DNA of 64,000 nt from an uncultured SAR86 cluster bacterium (GCA_905181595.1 CAJIYI010000001.1:151938-215937), one strand, 5' to 3'. Shown: positions 40,644 to 51,373, counted from the first letter of the stretch. Notes: generated from the letters alone by a model not told the origin. Numbers and translations are program-made.

Positions 40644-41660
40644 ATGACTAAGTTAATTTTAAAAATATTTTTTATTCTTCCTGTCTGGTTTTTAAAGCTT
40701 ATTACACTGAAAAAAAGAATTTTAGTTAATGGTCAGATTTTAGATTATCAGACGCAGATTCTTCTTGCGCTTCAGTCCCTTGAGACTAATCTTTTAAATT
40801 TAACAGAGCCTGCAGAATCCATTAGAGAAAAACTGGATGGTCGAAAAGATGCATTGCCTAGCATTAAGCTCCCTGGATCACAGGTGACTTTTCGTGATCA
40901 TATAATATCCTTAGATAACATTGATTTGATTCTCAGAGAATATACTCCAGATAACAAAATCAATGATTCCTCTATTTTATATTTTCATGGGGGTGGATAC
41001 GTTATTGGAACTATCGAGACTCATCATCAGTGGGTCAGGCTACTTGCATCTTCAATGCAAACTACTATTTTTTCACTTGAATATAGATTGTCACCCGAAA
41101 ATAAATTTCCTGCTGCATTGGAAGATGCAAATCATGCTTTAGAGTGGATCGCCTCTCATAATGACTGCGCCATTTCATCAGTTAGCTTATGCGGTGATAG
41201 TGCTGGCGCACACTTAGCAGCCTCCCTATCAACCTACAGAGCCATAAAAGGTTTAGAAGCTCCTCACTCTCAATGTTTAATTTACCCTATGACAGATCCA
41301 TCTTGTTCATCTAAATCTCATGATGATTTTGCCACTGGTTATTTTTTAACTCACGAAGTCATGCAATGGTTTTGGAAGCAGCTTAATGAATCTCAAGAAA
41401 ATTTTTCAGACCCATGTTTTAATCTTTTGCAGGAACACTCTTATCCGCTCCCTAAAACCTTGCTTATTACAGCTGGCTTTGATCCTTTATCAGATGAGGG
41501 TGAGGAGTATGCAAGAAAAATTTTTGAATCAGGAAATGCCGTTGATCACATACATTACCCCCATCTAATTCATGGTTTTGTTACCATGACAGCCCTCAGG
41601 GCTTCAAAAGAAGCTTCTTTGGATCTAATTAATACTTATAAAACTTATTTTAAAAAATGA
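40644..41660 (+). CDS. HSL-family (family IV) esterase/lipase
   Basis: HGGGY oxyanion motif, GDSAGA nucleophile, DPL and HGF. Has an N-terminal hydrophobic segment. Confidence 0.85.
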   Translation: MTKLILKIFFILPVWFLKLITLKKRILVNGQILDYQTQILLALQSLETNLLNLTEPAESIREKLDGRKDALPSIKLPGSQVTFRDHIISLDNIDLILREYTPDNKINDSSILYFHGGGYVIGTIETHHQWVRLLASSMQTTIFSLEYRLSPENKFPAALEDANHALEWIASHNDCAISSVSLCGDSAGAHLAASLSTYRAIKGLEAPHSQCLIYPMTDPSCSSKSHDDFATGYFLTHEVMQWFWKQLNESQENFSDPCFNLLQEHSYPLPKTLLITAGFDPLSDEGEEYARKIFESGNAVDHIHYPHLIHGFVTMTALRASKEASLDLINTYKTYFKK

Positions 41661-43255
41661 AACCATTATTAGAAATTTCGGATTTATCAATAAAGTTTAA
41701 GATTAGAAAGTCTGATTTTGAGGCTGTAAAGCACTTAAACCTGTCGATTGAAGAAAATCAGATAGCCGGACTTGTCGGTGAATCTGGCTCAGGAAAATCA
41801 GTGACAGCCATGTCAATAATGCGATTGCTGCCTGAGCCGAAAGCTCAATTTTCTGCTGAATCTTCTATTTTATTTAATGGAGAAGACGTTCTCAAGGCAT
41901 CATCAAAAAAACTGAGAGAGATTCGTGGCAATGATATCGCTATGATTTTTCAAGAACCTATGACATCCCTTAATCCATATCATAGAGTAGGAGATCAGAT
42001 CATTGAATCCATTCAACTGCATAAGGCTCAACCTAAATCAGAGGCAATCTTAGAAGCAAAAAATTTAATGTCTCTTGTAGAAATTCCTGAAGTTGATAGA
42101 AGGTTTTCTTCCTATCCTCACGAATTATCTGGAGGCCAAAGGCAAAGAATTATGATTGCTATGGCTTTAGCCAATAAACCAAAGCTTTTGATTGCAGATG
42201 AGCCTACGACAGCTCTTGATGTAACTATTCAAGCCCAAATATTAGATTTGATGACTAAGCTCAAAGACGAAATCGGCATGTCAATTTTATTTATAACCCA
42301 TGATCTTGGCCTAATTGAAAAATTTTCTGACACGATAACTGTGATGCAAGAAGGCGAGGTAGTTGAGCAAGGGCTCACCCATGAAGTCTTTGCGGACCCT
42401 CAACATGAATACACTCAAAAATTAATTAATGCTGAGCCTTCGGCCAAAAAAGAAATGATTGCCCCTGAGCCGCCTATTATTTCTGTAAGAGATCTTAATG
42501 TATTTTATCCATTGCCGAAAACTAAGCTCTTCAAGAAAGATTTTTTTCATGCGGTAAAAGATGTAAATTTTTCAATCCCTAAGAATTCAACCATTGGTTT
42601 GGTGGGAGAGTCAGGCTCTGGTAAGTCAACTCTTGGAAAGGCTTTAGCAGGATTGATTAATTACGATGGTTCTGTGGAGTACCAGGGCAATGATATTGGA
42701 GCTTTGAATCCTAAAGAGTCCAAGCTATTAAAAAAAGATATTCAGATAATTTTTCAGGATCCTTACGGATCTTTATCTCCCCGAATGACAATTGGTGAAA
42801 TAGTTGGAGAGGGCTTGGAGGTTCATTTTTCACTTAATGCGAAAGAAAAAGAAGAGCGAATTAGTGATTGCTTAAATGCTGTAGAGATTAATCCTGATCA
42901 CAGATTTAAATATCCTCATGAATTTTCAGGTGGCCAGCGTCAAAGGGTTGCGATTGCTAGATCGTTGATTTTAAACCCAGCATTCATGATTCTGGATGAA
43001 CCAACATCAGCCCTAGATCGATCTATTCAGATACAAGTTATTGAATTGCTAAAGAACCTACAAGAAAAATTTCAGCTAACTTATTTATTTATTAGCCATG
43101 ATTTAAAGGTGGTTCGCTCAATGTCGGATTATATATTTGTAATGCAAAACGGTGTCATCGTAGAGTCCGGACCCGCAAATGAAGTTTTCTCTAATCCCGA
43201 ACAAGACTATACTGATAAATTATTAAATGCTGCCTTAAAGTATTCAACAGTCTAA
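41657..43255 (+). CDS. ABC transporter ATP-binding protein with two fused NBDs (Opp/Dpp/YejF type)
   Basis: Two copies each of Walker A GESGSGKS, signature LSGGQRQR and Walker B (IADEPT / ILDEPT). 532 aa. ATGA overlap with the esterase stop. Confidence 0.88.
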   Translation: MKPLLEISDLSIKFKIRKSDFEAVKHLNLSIEENQIAGLVGESGSGKSVTAMSIMRLLPEPKAQFSAESSILFNGEDVLKASSKKLREIRGNDIAMIFQEPMTSLNPYHRVGDQIIESIQLHKAQPKSEAILEAKNLMSLVEIPEVDRRFSSYPHELSGGQRQRIMIAMALANKPKLLIADEPTTALDVTIQAQILDLMTKLKDEIGMSILFITHDLGLIEKFSDTITVMQEGEVVEQGLTHEVFADPQHEYTQKLINAEPSAKKEMIAPEPPIISVRDLNVFYPLPKTKLFKKDFFHAVKDVNFSIPKNSTIGLVGESGSGKSTLGKALAGLINYDGSVEYQGNDIGALNPKESKLLKKDIQIIFQDPYGSLSPRMTIGEIVGEGLEVHFSLNAKEKEERISDCLNAVEINPDHRFKYPHEFSGGQRQRVAIARSLILNPAFMILDEPTSALDRSIQIQVIELLKNLQEKFQLTYLFISHDLKVVRSMSDYIFVMQNGVIVESGPANEVFSNPEQDYTDKLLNAALKYSTV

Positions 43256-43257
43256 AT

Positions 43258-44919
43258 ATGTCTAATAGAAAATTTTCAAAAGATTTAGTGGATGGCCCTC
43301 ATCAGGCTGCCTCACGCTCTATGCTTCGAGGAGTTGGTTTTGAGACTGCAGATTTCTCCAAGCCGTTGGTTGGAATAGCATCTACCTGGTCAAAAGTCAC
43401 TCCCTGCAACATGCACATTAATGAGCTGGCTGAGCTTGTAGAAACTTCAATCGATGCTTCGGGATGTAAAGGCGTTCTTTTTAATACAATTACAGTATCA
43501 GATGGTATTTCTATGGGGACCCAAGGAATGAAATATTCCCTCGTTTCTAGAGAAGTAATTGCAGATTCTATTGAAACAGTGGTGGGTTGTCTTGGCTATG
43601 ATGGCGTTGTTGCAATTGGCGGATGTGATAAGAACATGCCCGGGGCTTTAATTGCTCTTGCAAGACTAAATAGACCATCAATTTTTATTTATGGTGGATC
43701 AATCCAGCCGAGTTCAGCCAATACAGATTATGTTACTGTTTGTGAAAAAGTTGGGGAATATGCCAAGGGCTCTATCTCAGAAGAAGAGCTTATTGCGGTG
43801 GAAAAAATTTCTGTTAAAGGTCCAGGCTCATGTGGCGGTATGTATACAGCAAATACCATGGCTTCTGCCATCGAAGCATTGGGTATGAGTTTGCCTGGCA
43901 GTAGCAGTCAAGACGCAGTTTCTTTGGACAAAAAATCAGATTGTCAAAATGCTGGTGCAGCCATAGCAAATTTATTGGATTTAGACATCAAGCCTAGCGA
44001 TATTATGACCAAAAAGGCATTTGAAAATTCTATTGCTGTCACCATAGCTTTGGGTGGATCTACGAATGCAGTCTTACATTTATTAGCTATGGCTCATTCT
44101 ATTGGTGTCGACCTTGAGCTTTCTGATTTCACCAGGATCGGTAAAAAAATTCCTGTTTTAGCAGACATTAAGCCTTTTGGAAGTCACTTCATGTCAGAGC
44201 TTAACGCGATTGGTGGGATTGCCCCAATGATGAAAACTATGCTTGCAAGCGGCCTTCTTCATGGCGACTGCTTAACAGTTACTGGGAAAACTTTAGAACA
44301 AAATTTAGCTGAGATTGACCCTTATCCTGATACTCAAAAAATTATTCTTTCTCCCCAAAACCCAATCAAGGACTCAAGTCATCTTAGAATCCTTTTTGGT
44401 AATTTGGCACCAGAAGGAGCAGTCGCCAAAATTACAGGCAAAGAAGGCACGCGGTTTACTGGAACAGCTAGAGTGTTTGATTCTGAAGAGGAAGGCATGG
44501 ACGCAATTCTTTCTAAATCTATTAATGCTGGAGACGTTGTGGTTATAAGGTATGAGGGACCTCAAGGAGGGCCTGGTATGAGAGAAATGTTAAAGCCAAC
44601 TTCTGCAATTATGGGTCAAGGGCTTGGAGATAGCGTTGCTTTTATTACTGATGGAAGGTTCTCAGGGGGCACGCATGGCTTTGTGGTTGGTCATATTAGT
44701 CCAGAAGCTGAATTGGGTGGCCCAATAGCGCTAATTAAAGATGGCGATGAGATTGTTATTGATGCAAATCAAGATATTCTAAATCTTAATATCACCGTTG
44801 ATGAGATGGAGTTAAGAAAAAATAACTGGAAAAATAATAATTCGTCCCCAAAAAGTGGGGTACTAGCAAAATATAAGCGCACAGTGCAATCGGCTTCCAA
44901 GGGCGCAATCACAGATTAA
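43258..44919 (+). CDS. ilvD: dihydroxy-acid dehydratase
   Basis: 553 aa with [19 protein letters not shown] and FSGGTHG motifs. Confidence 0.93.
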   Translation: MSNRKFSKDLVDGPHQAASRSMLRGVGFETADFSKPLVGIASTWSKVTPCNMHINELAELVETSIDASGCKGVLFNTITVSDGISMGTQGMKYSLVSREVIADSIETVVGCLGYDGVVAIGGCDKNMPGALIALARLNRPSIFIYGGSIQPSSANTDYVTVCEKVGEYAKGSISEEELIAVEKISVKGPGSCGGMYTANTMASAIEALGMSLPGSSSQDAVSLDKKSDCQNAGAAIANLLDLDIKPSDIMTKKAFENSIAVTIALGGSTNAVLHLLAMAHSIGVDLELSDFTRIGKKIPVLADIKPFGSHFMSELNAIGGIAPMMKTMLASGLLHGDCLTVTGKTLEQNLAEIDPYPDTQKIILSPQNPIKDSSHLRILFGNLAPEGAVAKITGKEGTRFTGTARVFDSEEEGMDAILSKSINAGDVVVIRYEGPQGGPGMREMLKPTSAIMGQGLGDSVAFITDGRFSGGTHGFVVGHISPEAELGGPIALIKDGDEIVIDANQDILNLNITVDEMELRKNNWKNNNSSPKSGVLAKYKRTVQSASKGAITD

Positions 44920-44921
44920 AC

Positions 44922-45914
44922 ATGGCTAACAGAATATTCCCAACAACTAGACTTCGTCGCTCTCGCTCAAAAAGCTTTTTGCGCGATTTAGTTGCTGAGA
45001 ATAAATTATCTTCTGATGACCTAATCCAACCTTTGTTTATTGCAGATCAAAAAGAATCTCAGATTGACATACCATCGATGCCAGGAATCTATAGGCACAA
45101 TTTAGATTCCCTCTATGCAGAGACTGAAGAGCTTTTAAAGCTTGGCATCAAAGCAATTGCAATTTTTCCAGCAATTCATCCTGATAAAAAAAATCCTGAA
45201 GCTTCCCATGCTTTTGATCAAACCAATATTGTTTGCAATGCCTTGCAAGGCATTAAGCAAAGATTTCCAGAAATTATTTCTATAGCAGATGTTGCCCTAG
45301 ATCCTTACACAGATCATGGCCATGATGGACTGTTAATTGATGGAAAAATTAACAATGATGAGACTCTTAAGCTTTTGGCGCAGCAAGCTCTTATTCTTTC
45401 AGAGGCTGGCGCAGATATTATTGCTCCCTCGGACATGATGGATGGAAGGGTAAAAGCTATTCGAGACTCTCTTGAATCTAATAATTTTGTCGACACTATT
45501 ATTTTGTCCTATGCAGCAAAATATGCTTCTAGTTTTTATGGCCCTTTTAGAGATGCTGTTGGCTCGGCAGAAAATTTAGGAAATAGCTCAAAGAAGACAT
45601 ATCAAATGAATTTTTCAAATATTGATGAGGCTCTTCATGAAGTTGAGATGGATATTAATGAAGGGGCAGATATTGTCATGATCAAACCTGGCACAGCATA
45701 CCTAGATGTTGTTCATGCAATTAAATCTAAGTTTCAGTTACCTACATTTGTCTATCAAGTAAGCGGTGAATATTCCATGCTGGCTCTTAGCATTGAGAAA
45801 GGGTGGCTAGATAAAAATGTTATGTTAGAATCTCTAATGTGTTGCAAAAGAGCAGGAGCAGATGCAATTCTCACATACGCAGCAAAACAAATAGCATCGG
45901 AGTTAAATACATGA
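44922..45914 (+). CDS. hemB: porphobilinogen synthase (Asp-rich, Mg-type metal site)
   Basis: 330 aa. Has DVALDPYTDHGHDG instead of the Cys-rich Zn site, and the active-site Lys regions are conserved. Confidence 0.93.
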   Translation: MANRIFPTTRLRRSRSKSFLRDLVAENKLSSDDLIQPLFIADQKESQIDIPSMPGIYRHNLDSLYAETEELLKLGIKAIAIFPAIHPDKKNPEASHAFDQTNIVCNALQGIKQRFPEIISIADVALDPYTDHGHDGLLIDGKINNDETLKLLAQQALILSEAGADIIAPSDMMDGRVKAIRDSLESNNFVDTIILSYAAKYASSFYGPFRDAVGSAENLGNSSKKTYQMNFSNIDEALHEVEMDINEGADIVMIKPGTAYLDVVHAIKSKFQLPTFVYQVSGEYSMLALSIEKGWLDKNVMLESLMCCKRAGADAILTYAAKQIASELNT

Positions 45915-46237
45915 GTGACAATGTCAAAGAGATTACAGCAGCAAATTTTAATCAAGAGGTAATCGAGTCTGATATTCCAGTTCTAGTAGATTTTTGGGCT
46001 GAATGGTGTGGCCCTTGCAAGCAATTAGCCCCAACAGTTGCTGAAGTTGCAGATACAGTGGTTGGTTCAGTTAAGGTTTGCAAAATGGACGTAGATAGTA
46101 ACCAAGAAATTGCTGTGCAATTCGGAGTGAGATCTATACCAACCCTATTAATCTTTAAAAATGGTGAAGTGTCAGCCACCCAAATTGGCGCTATTAGCAA
46201 ACAGCAATTGGAGGAATTTATAGAATCAGAAGTTTAA
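45911..46237 (+). CDS. trxA: thioredoxin
   Basis: Start ATG 45911 (ATGA overlap with hemB). 108 aa with WAEWCGPCK. Confidence 0.93.
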   Translation: MSDNVKEITAANFNQEVIESDIPVLVDFWAEWCGPCKQLAPTVAEVADTVVGSVKVCKMDVDSNQEIAVQFGVRSIPTLLIFKNGEVSATQIGAISKQQLEEFIESEV

Positions 46238-46251
46238 ATCTTTGCATCTAG

Positions 46252-46277
46252 TGAGAAAACACTCTATCATTTTCTCA
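46252..46277 (+). other. AT-rich hairpin downstream of trxA / in the rho leader
   Basis: TGAGAAAA, a 10-nt loop, then TTTTCTCA (8-bp perfect stem). There is no trailing T-run, so it is not a classical terminator. Confidence 0.3.
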
Positions 46278-46293
46278 TCTCAGCCCTAGGGGG

Positions 46294-46338
46294 CCACTAA
46301 AAACCAAAATTCTTTCTACTCCTCCCACAAAACAAATA
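46294..46338 (+). promoter_or_regulatory. C-rich, G-free tract in the rho 5' leader (rut-like)
   Basis: 45 nt contain 15 C and 0 G (ccactaaaaaccaaaattctttctactcctcccacaaaacaaata), ending 11 nt before the rho ATG. Confidence 0.35.
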
Positions 46339-46349
46339 GGTATTAATTT

Positions 46350-47633
46350 ATGAATCTCAGAGAAATGAAAATTAAACCAATCAATGAATTGGTTGAAATA
46401 GCTGAAGGTCTTGGCATTGAAGATGTTGGACGACTTAAAAAACAAGAAATTATTTTTAGAATTTTTAAACAGCAAGCAAAAGAAGGTGTTGATATATATG
46501 GTGGCGGTGTTTTAGAGATTTTAAATGATGGTTTTGGATTTTTAAGATCTCCCGAGGGATCCTACCTTACTGGACCAGATGACATATACGTCTCACCAAG
46601 CCAAGTACGAAAATTTAGCCTAAGAAAAGGGGATGAGATTCACGGTAAAATAAGACCCCCAAAGGATGATAGGGAAAAATATCCTGCCTTGGTTTATGTG
46701 GATACAATTAACAAAGAAGCCCCAGAGAACACTAAGAAAAAGATTTTATTTGAGAATCTCACTCCATTATTTCCCACTGAAAGACTTACTTTAGAATTAG
46801 GAACAGGCTCTGCTGAAGATTTATCTTCAAGGATTATTGATTTAGTCTCTCCAATAGGTAAAGGTCAAAGAGGCTTGATTGTTTCTCCCCCTAAAGCAGG
46901 TAAAACTTTAATGTTGCAAAGCATTGCCCACTCAATAACAAAAAATAATCCCGAAGTAGAGTTAATCGTTCTGCTCATTGATGAGCGCCCAGAAGAAGTA
47001 ACCGAGATGTCTAGAACTGTTAGAGGAGAGGTCGTCGCAAGTACTTTTGATGAGCCGCCATCCCGTCATGTTCAGGTTGCGAACATGGTAATAGAGAAAG
47101 CAAAGCGTCTTGTTGAGCATAAAAAAGATGTAGTAATTCTTCTTGATTCTATAACTCGTTTAGGCAGAGCATATAACTCAGTTCAACCTGCATCTGGAAA
47201 GATTCTTTCAGGTGGAGTCGATTCCAATGCATTAGAAAAGCCAAAGAGATTCTTTGGTGCAGCGCGAAATGTAGAAGATGGTGGTAGCTTAACTATTATA
47301 GCCACTGCCCTTGTTGATACAGGCTCCAAGATGGATGAAGTAATTTACGAGGAGTTTAAAGGTACCGGCAACATGGAAATTCATCTTGAAAGAAAAATTG
47401 CTGAAAAACGAATATATCCTGCTATAAATATTAGACGCTCAGGCACCAGAAGAGAGGACTTGCTAACCAGCCCAGAAGAACTCCAAAGAATGTTTATTCT
47501 TAGAAAAATTCTTGATGATATGGAAGACTCCCAAGCAATCGAGTTTTTAATTGAGCGGCTTAAGTCATCCAAAACAAATGATGAATTTTTTAGTGCCATG
47601 AAAAGTGGTAATGGCAACGGAAAGAAAAAATAA
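46350..47633 (+). CDS. rho: transcription termination factor Rho
   Basis: N-terminus [24 protein letters not shown]...[15 protein letters not shown] is collinear with E. coli Rho. Walker A is PPKAGKT. 427 aa. Confidence 0.95.
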   Translation: MNLREMKIKPINELVEIAEGLGIEDVGRLKKQEIIFRIFKQQAKEGVDIYGGGVLEILNDGFGFLRSPEGSYLTGPDDIYVSPSQVRKFSLRKGDEIHGKIRPPKDDREKYPALVYVDTINKEAPENTKKKILFENLTPLFPTERLTLELGTGSAEDLSSRIIDLVSPIGKGQRGLIVSPPKAGKTLMLQSIAHSITKNNPEVELIVLLIDERPEEVTEMSRTVRGEVVASTFDEPPSRHVQVANMVIEKAKRLVEHKKDVVILLDSITRLGRAYNSVQPASGKILSGGVDSNALEKPKRFFGAARNVEDGGSLTIIATALVDTGSKMDEVIYEEFKGTGNMEIHLERKIAEKRIYPAINIRRSGTRREDLLTSPEELQRMFILRKILDDMEDSQAIEFLIERLKSSKTNDEFFSAMKSGNGNGKKK

Positions 47634-48338
47634 TTAGGAACGAGCTAATTTTATAGCAGCTTCAGTCATCTCCTCGTCATGAGGGCTTTCGGCAACTACG
47701 CAACCCTTTATTCCATGATTAAAGGCAGCTTCTTGAATCCTTGGGGACGCAACAATCAAATTCATTTTATCTAAATCAGTAGGTTGAGAATATCTCACAA
47801 GAACTTCTAAGGTTTGAATGTTATATATCAAAAAAATAGCTTTTTGGTTTCCGGTAATATTGCTTAACTCGATACTCTCTTCATCAATAACTTTGTAACA
47901 GGAGAACGTATCCAGCGTTACCGGAGTATGAAAACTTAATTGAGGTTGCTTCCCCCCACAAAATATTAAGCACTTTTCATGTTTGCTTTGTTCTATTAGT
48001 TCAGCAAGACCTGCTGAGTTAAAACCTAAGGGAACCTCAGAGACCAAGCCATGTGCACTTAAAACCCTCTGTGTTGCAAGACCAATCGCCATAATCAAGA
48101 GATTTAAATTTTTTGATGTGTGCTTTTGCAGATAGGGAGCTCCAAATTTTGCAGCAGTTTGACTCGTAAAAATGATGACGTCATAAGAATCAAGCTGCTT
48201 AAGCTTTTCAAGTGCTTGATTGGATGGAGAGATACTTAAAATTTTAGTTAACGGCTCATGCATGAACTCTATGCCAGAGCGGGCTAACAATTCATTTGTT
48301 TTATTAGCTAGGATTGATGGTCGTGTATTAACAATCAT
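47634..48338 (-). CDS. hemD: uroporphyrinogen-III synthase
   Basis: 234 aa immediately downstream of hemC (0-nt gap). HemD-like N-terminus (IVNTRP) and a two-lobe pattern. Confidence 0.78.
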   Translation of the reverse strand: MIVNTRPSILANKTNELLARSGIEFMHEPLTKILSISPSNQALEKLKQLDSYDVIIFTSQTAAKFGAPYLQKHTSKNLNLLIMAIGLATQRVLSAHGLVSEVPLGFNSAGLAELIEQSKHEKCLIFCGGKQPQLSFHTPVTLDTFSCYKVIDEESIELSNITGNQKAIFLIYNIQTLEVLVRYSQPTDLDKMNLIVASPRIQEAAFNHGIKGCVVAESPHDEEMTEAAIKLARS

Positions 48339-49250
48339 TTAAGTCTGAATTAGCTCTTGCGCACCTTCTGCAAGAAGCTCTATTTTAAATTGCGACACAG
48401 TCTCTAATTCTTGTGCTGGCAAGAATGTGATTTCTTTTTCTATAATTGTTGAGCCATCTTGATTTGAAACCCTAACTTGCAAATGCAGTCTAGAGTCTTG
48501 AGCTGTCACCAGTGCCGAAATTGGTGACAGACATGAACCCTCTAAAGCTGCAACAATGTCTCGTTCAATTTTTGTGGCTGTGAATGTCTTCTGGCAATTA
48601 ATCATATTCAGCATTTCTAAGATGCCTGATTGGATTTGAGAAACATGCACCTCAATGCCTATTGCACCTTGTGCTGCGGCCGGTAGCATTTGATTCTCTG
48701 AAAAAATATGCATGTTAGGGTAATGAATCTTGAGTCTATTCAAAGCAGCCTTTGCCACTATAAGCCCATCAAGATTCTCGCTAACAATCTTATTGATTCT
48801 GGTTTGTATATTTCCTCTCACAGGAATAATGTCTAAATCCGGGTGCATGGCAAGCATTTGTGATTTTCTTCTGGGACCTGAGGTTCCAATTCTTGAATTT
48901 TTACCAAGATCGTTAAATGTTATTCCATCTTTCAGCAGAATTGCATCGGATGGATCTTCTCTAGACAGAGTGGCTGCAATGGAAAATTTAGGATCAAGTA
49001 GAGCGGGAACATCCTTCAGGCTATGAACTGCAATATCCGCATCGCCATTAGAGAGAGCAGCTTCTAGCTTAGAGACAAATAATCCTTTCCCACCAATAAG
49101 ATGCAAAGGAGCTTCGGTTAAATCTCCCTCTGATTCTATTGGAATAATTTCACACACAGATGAAGGTTCGGCTGATTCAATTAGACTTATTACCTGGTTG
49201 GTTTGAAGCAACGCCAAGGGAGAAGTTCTAGTAGCTATTCTAATTTTCAT
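48339..49250 (-). CDS. hemC: hydroxymethylbilane synthase (porphobilinogen deaminase)
   Basis: MKIRIATRTSPLALLQT start, RGNIQTRI motif and the cofactor Cys region (EGSCLSPI). 303 aa. Confidence 0.92.
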   Translation of the reverse strand: MKIRIATRTSPLALLQTNQVISLIESAEPSSVCEIIPIESEGDLTEAPLHLIGGKGLFVSKLEAALSNGDADIAVHSLKDVPALLDPKFSIAATLSREDPSDAILLKDGITFNDLGKNSRIGTSGPRRKSQMLAMHPDLDIIPVRGNIQTRINKIVSENLDGLIVAKAALNRLKIHYPNMHIFSENQMLPAAAQGAIGIEVHVSQIQSGILEMLNMINCQKTFTATKIERDIVAALEGSCLSPISALVTAQDSRLHLQVRVSNQDGSTIIEKEITFLPAQELETVSQFKIELLAEGAQELIQT

Positions 49251-49795
49251 TGCAAAATCATGAGCCTCACATCTCCAATGGTCTTATCCTTCAGTACCTC
49301 TTGCTTTTTACTGAGCAGAATTTCAGTTCTTTTATCTGTTTCTAAATAAATCTTTCCGTTGGCTGCTAAAAGATCTTGAGTTCTAATCGCGCTGAGCAAA
49401 CTCTCGTAGTTTACTTGATCAAATGGAGGGTCTAAAAAAATGACATCAAATTTACGTTTGTTTGTTTGTATCCATTTAAGAGCTGCGCTGCAAGCAACCT
49501 CACTTTTGTCTTGATACTCAAGATGGGCAACATTTTTCAGTATATTTTTAAATAAACTTTTATCCTTCTCAACGAAGGTGACATGAGATGCGCCTCTAGA
49601 GAGAGCCTCAAAACCTAACCCTCCGGTGCCTGAAAATAAATCTAAACAAGCTTTATCTTGTATTTCAAATTGCAGCCAACTAAATAGCGTTTCCTTTGCT
49701 CTGTCAGAAGTAGGTCTTAGGCTTGGAGAAGCTTTAAAAACTATGCGATAGCTCTTGTTTCTGCCTCCAATTATTCTTATGCTTGTTGTATTCAA
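49247..49795 (-). CDS. rsmD: 16S rRNA (guanine966-N2)-methyltransferase
   Basis: 182 aa with LRPTSDRAKETLFSWL, DLFSGTGGLGFEALSRGA and DPPF. Confidence 0.85.
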   Translation of the reverse strand: MNTTSIRIIGGRNKSYRIVFKASPSLRPTSDRAKETLFSWLQFEIQDKACLDLFSGTGGLGFEALSRGASHVTFVEKDKSLFKNILKNVAHLEYQDKSEVACSAALKWIQTNKRKFDVIFLDPPFDQVNYESLLSAIRTQDLLAANGKIYLETDKRTEILLSKKQEVLKDKTIGDVRLMILQ

Positions 49796-49833
49796 TCTAG
49801 TAAATTTTTTACAGAGTATAAATTATAACGCCA

Positions 49834-50298
49834 ATGCCAAAAGAACAATTTTTAATTGCTATGAGATTTTTAGCATCATCTGTCAGCGTTGTTTCAGCCA
49901 AAGACTCTAGTGGCAAACTTTATGCCATGACTGCCTCTTCTGTGACTTCATTAACAATTGACCCACCAGCCATACTGGTGTGTGTGAATAAAGGTGCAAG
50001 CATTCATGATGTCTTATTGCCGGGAGTTGATCTGTGCATTAATATTCTTAGCAAAGAGCAACAAGATATCTCAAACCTGTGTAGCTCGAAAGATTCTGAG
50101 TCATTAAGGTATGCGAATGATTACTGGAATACAGATGAAACTCCATTTCTAAAAGATGCTCAGTCTAATATTTTCAGTCAAGTAGATGAGGTCATTAATT
50201 ACAACTCCCATTCAATTGTTATTGCAAAAGTTTTGGCGGCTCAAAGTGCAGACTCATTTAATGGCTTAATATATGCAGACGGAGGATATTTATCTTGA
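49834..50298 (+). CDS. flavin reductase-like (FMN-binding split-barrel) protein
   Basis: 154 aa. The pattern SSVSVVSAKDSSGKLYAMTASSVTSLTIDPPAILVCVNK is typical of flavin reductase domain proteins. Confidence 0.7.
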   Translation: MPKEQFLIAMRFLASSVSVVSAKDSSGKLYAMTASSVTSLTIDPPAILVCVNKGASIHDVLLPGVDLCINILSKEQQDISNLCSSKDSESLRYANDYWNTDETPFLKDAQSNIFSQVDEVINYNSHSIVIAKVLAAQSADSFNGLIYADGGYLS

Positions 50299-50708
50299 TT
50301 CGATTATTACTTTCATTCTCATTGTTTTTTGCTAATGGATTAATTGCTCTTGAATACAGCAAAGGAGCTCCAGCAGCAGAAGTGTATTTTATTACACCGA
50401 AAAATGACGACATTGTTTCGGGCGAAGTTGTTGTCAAATTCGGTCTTCAAAATTTTGGTGTTTCTCCAGCAGGATTAAATGTTAATGGAACCGGCCATCA
50501 CCACTTAATCATTGATGCTGATTTACCAAACTTGGCTCAACCCATCCAAGCAGATAAAAATCATGTGCATTTTGGAAAAGGTCAAACAGAAGTCAAGTTA
50601 GAGCTTGAGCCTGGTTCTCACACTTTGCAACTTCTGCTAGGAGATTATCGGCATATTCCGCACAGCCCACCGATCTACTCAAACAAAATTACCATTGTTG
50701 TGAAATAG
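50295..50708 (+). CDS. secreted DUF4399-like protein
   Basis: TTG start overlapping the upstream TGA. Signal peptide present. The GTGHHHLIIDA motif is recalled as a DUF4399 hallmark. 137 aa. Confidence 0.6.
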   Translation: MIRLLLSFSLFFANGLIALEYSKGAPAAEVYFITPKNDDIVSGEVVVKFGLQNFGVSPAGLNVNGTGHHHLIIDADLPNLAQPIQADKNHVHFGKGQTEVKLELEPGSHTLQLLLGDYRHIPHSPPIYSNKITIVVK

Positions 50709-50713
50709 ATTTC

Positions 50714-51313
50714 TTAGAATTCAAGCGCTGAAATTAAAAAACTTCTAAGATCGCTTTTAACTAACCCCATGGCATTTCCAGCTTTTGTATCAATTTCTGA
50801 CTCAGCGAGAGAATCATTTCTTAGCAAGCCAACCAAGCCGTGCACCAGCGCCCAATAATGAATACATTTTATGTCTAAGTCTTTTGCTGATATGCCAGGA
50901 TTTAATTCAGCCAATACACAAACCAATTCCTCAAAAGCACCAACGGCACTGTTTAATAACTCTGGGAATTGAGTTTTATCAATTACTGGACTGTGCATCA
51001 AATCATAGGTATTTCTTTTTGATAACCCAAACTCAATGTAGGTTTGCCCCATTTCTAAAAACCTATCTCTTGTGGACAATGTTTTTTTCGCGTTAGCATT
51101 TTGTAAAATTTCTTTTAATTCCGTAAATCCCCGTGTAGATACTTCAGCCAATAAAGATTCTTTGGTTTTAAAATGTCTGTAGGGAGCGGTTTGGGATACC
51201 TTAGCTTCCTTTGCAATTGATCTAAGGCTCATACGATCATGACCATCAGCCTCGCATACAATGCAAGCGCTTGAAATAAGCTCTTCTTTTAGGTTTCCAT
51301 GATGATATTTCAC
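50714..51313 (-). CDS. TetR/AcrR-family transcriptional repressor
   Basis: GTG start 51313 preceded by AGGA. N-terminal HTH is MSLRSIAKEAKVSQTAPYRHFKTKESLL. 199 aa. Divergent from the MFP-RND genes. Confidence 0.85.
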   Translation of the reverse strand: MKYHHGNLKEELISSACIVCEADGHDRMSLRSIAKEAKVSQTAPYRHFKTKESLLAEVSTRGFTELKEILQNANAKKTLSTRDRFLEMGQTYIEFGLSKRNTYDLMHSPVIDKTQFPELLNSAVGAFEELVCVLAELNPGISAKDLDIKCIHYWALVHGLVGLLRNDSLAESEIDTKAGNAMGLVKSDLRSFLISALEF

Positions 51314-51327
51314 TTTTTATTCATCCT

Positions 51328-51373
51328 ATGTTGACACTGTTAACATGTTTATGTATGTTGACACTGATAACAT
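51328..51373. promoter_or_regulatory. two tandem 19-bp palindromic operators (candidate TetR binding sites)
   Basis: ATGTTGACACTGTTAACAT (51328-51346) and ATGTTGACACTGATAACAT (51355-51373), 18/19 identical and 27 bp apart start to start. Arm consensus is ATGTTnACA. Confidence 0.6.
51331..51359 (+). promoter_or_regulatory. candidate sigma70 promoter of the MFP-RND operon
   Basis: -35 TTGACA (51331-51336, inside operator 1), a 17-nt spacer, then -10 TATGTT (51354-51359, overlapping operator 2). Confidence 0.45.

Noticed and set aside
45839-45910. 24-codon extension of trxA and similar long-start calls (25388-25432, 31907-31966, 55758-55781, 57868-57876, 20726-20746)
   Set aside because: These are upstream in-frame codons that overlap the preceding gene or begin with alternative TTG starts. 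Family-typical N-termini begin at the internal ATGs used in the feature table.
46284-46291. Perfect palindrome CCCTAGGG in the rho leader as a protein-binding or restriction-related site
   Set aside because: It is 8 bp and occurs once. It is too short to interpret beyond contributing a small GC hairpin.
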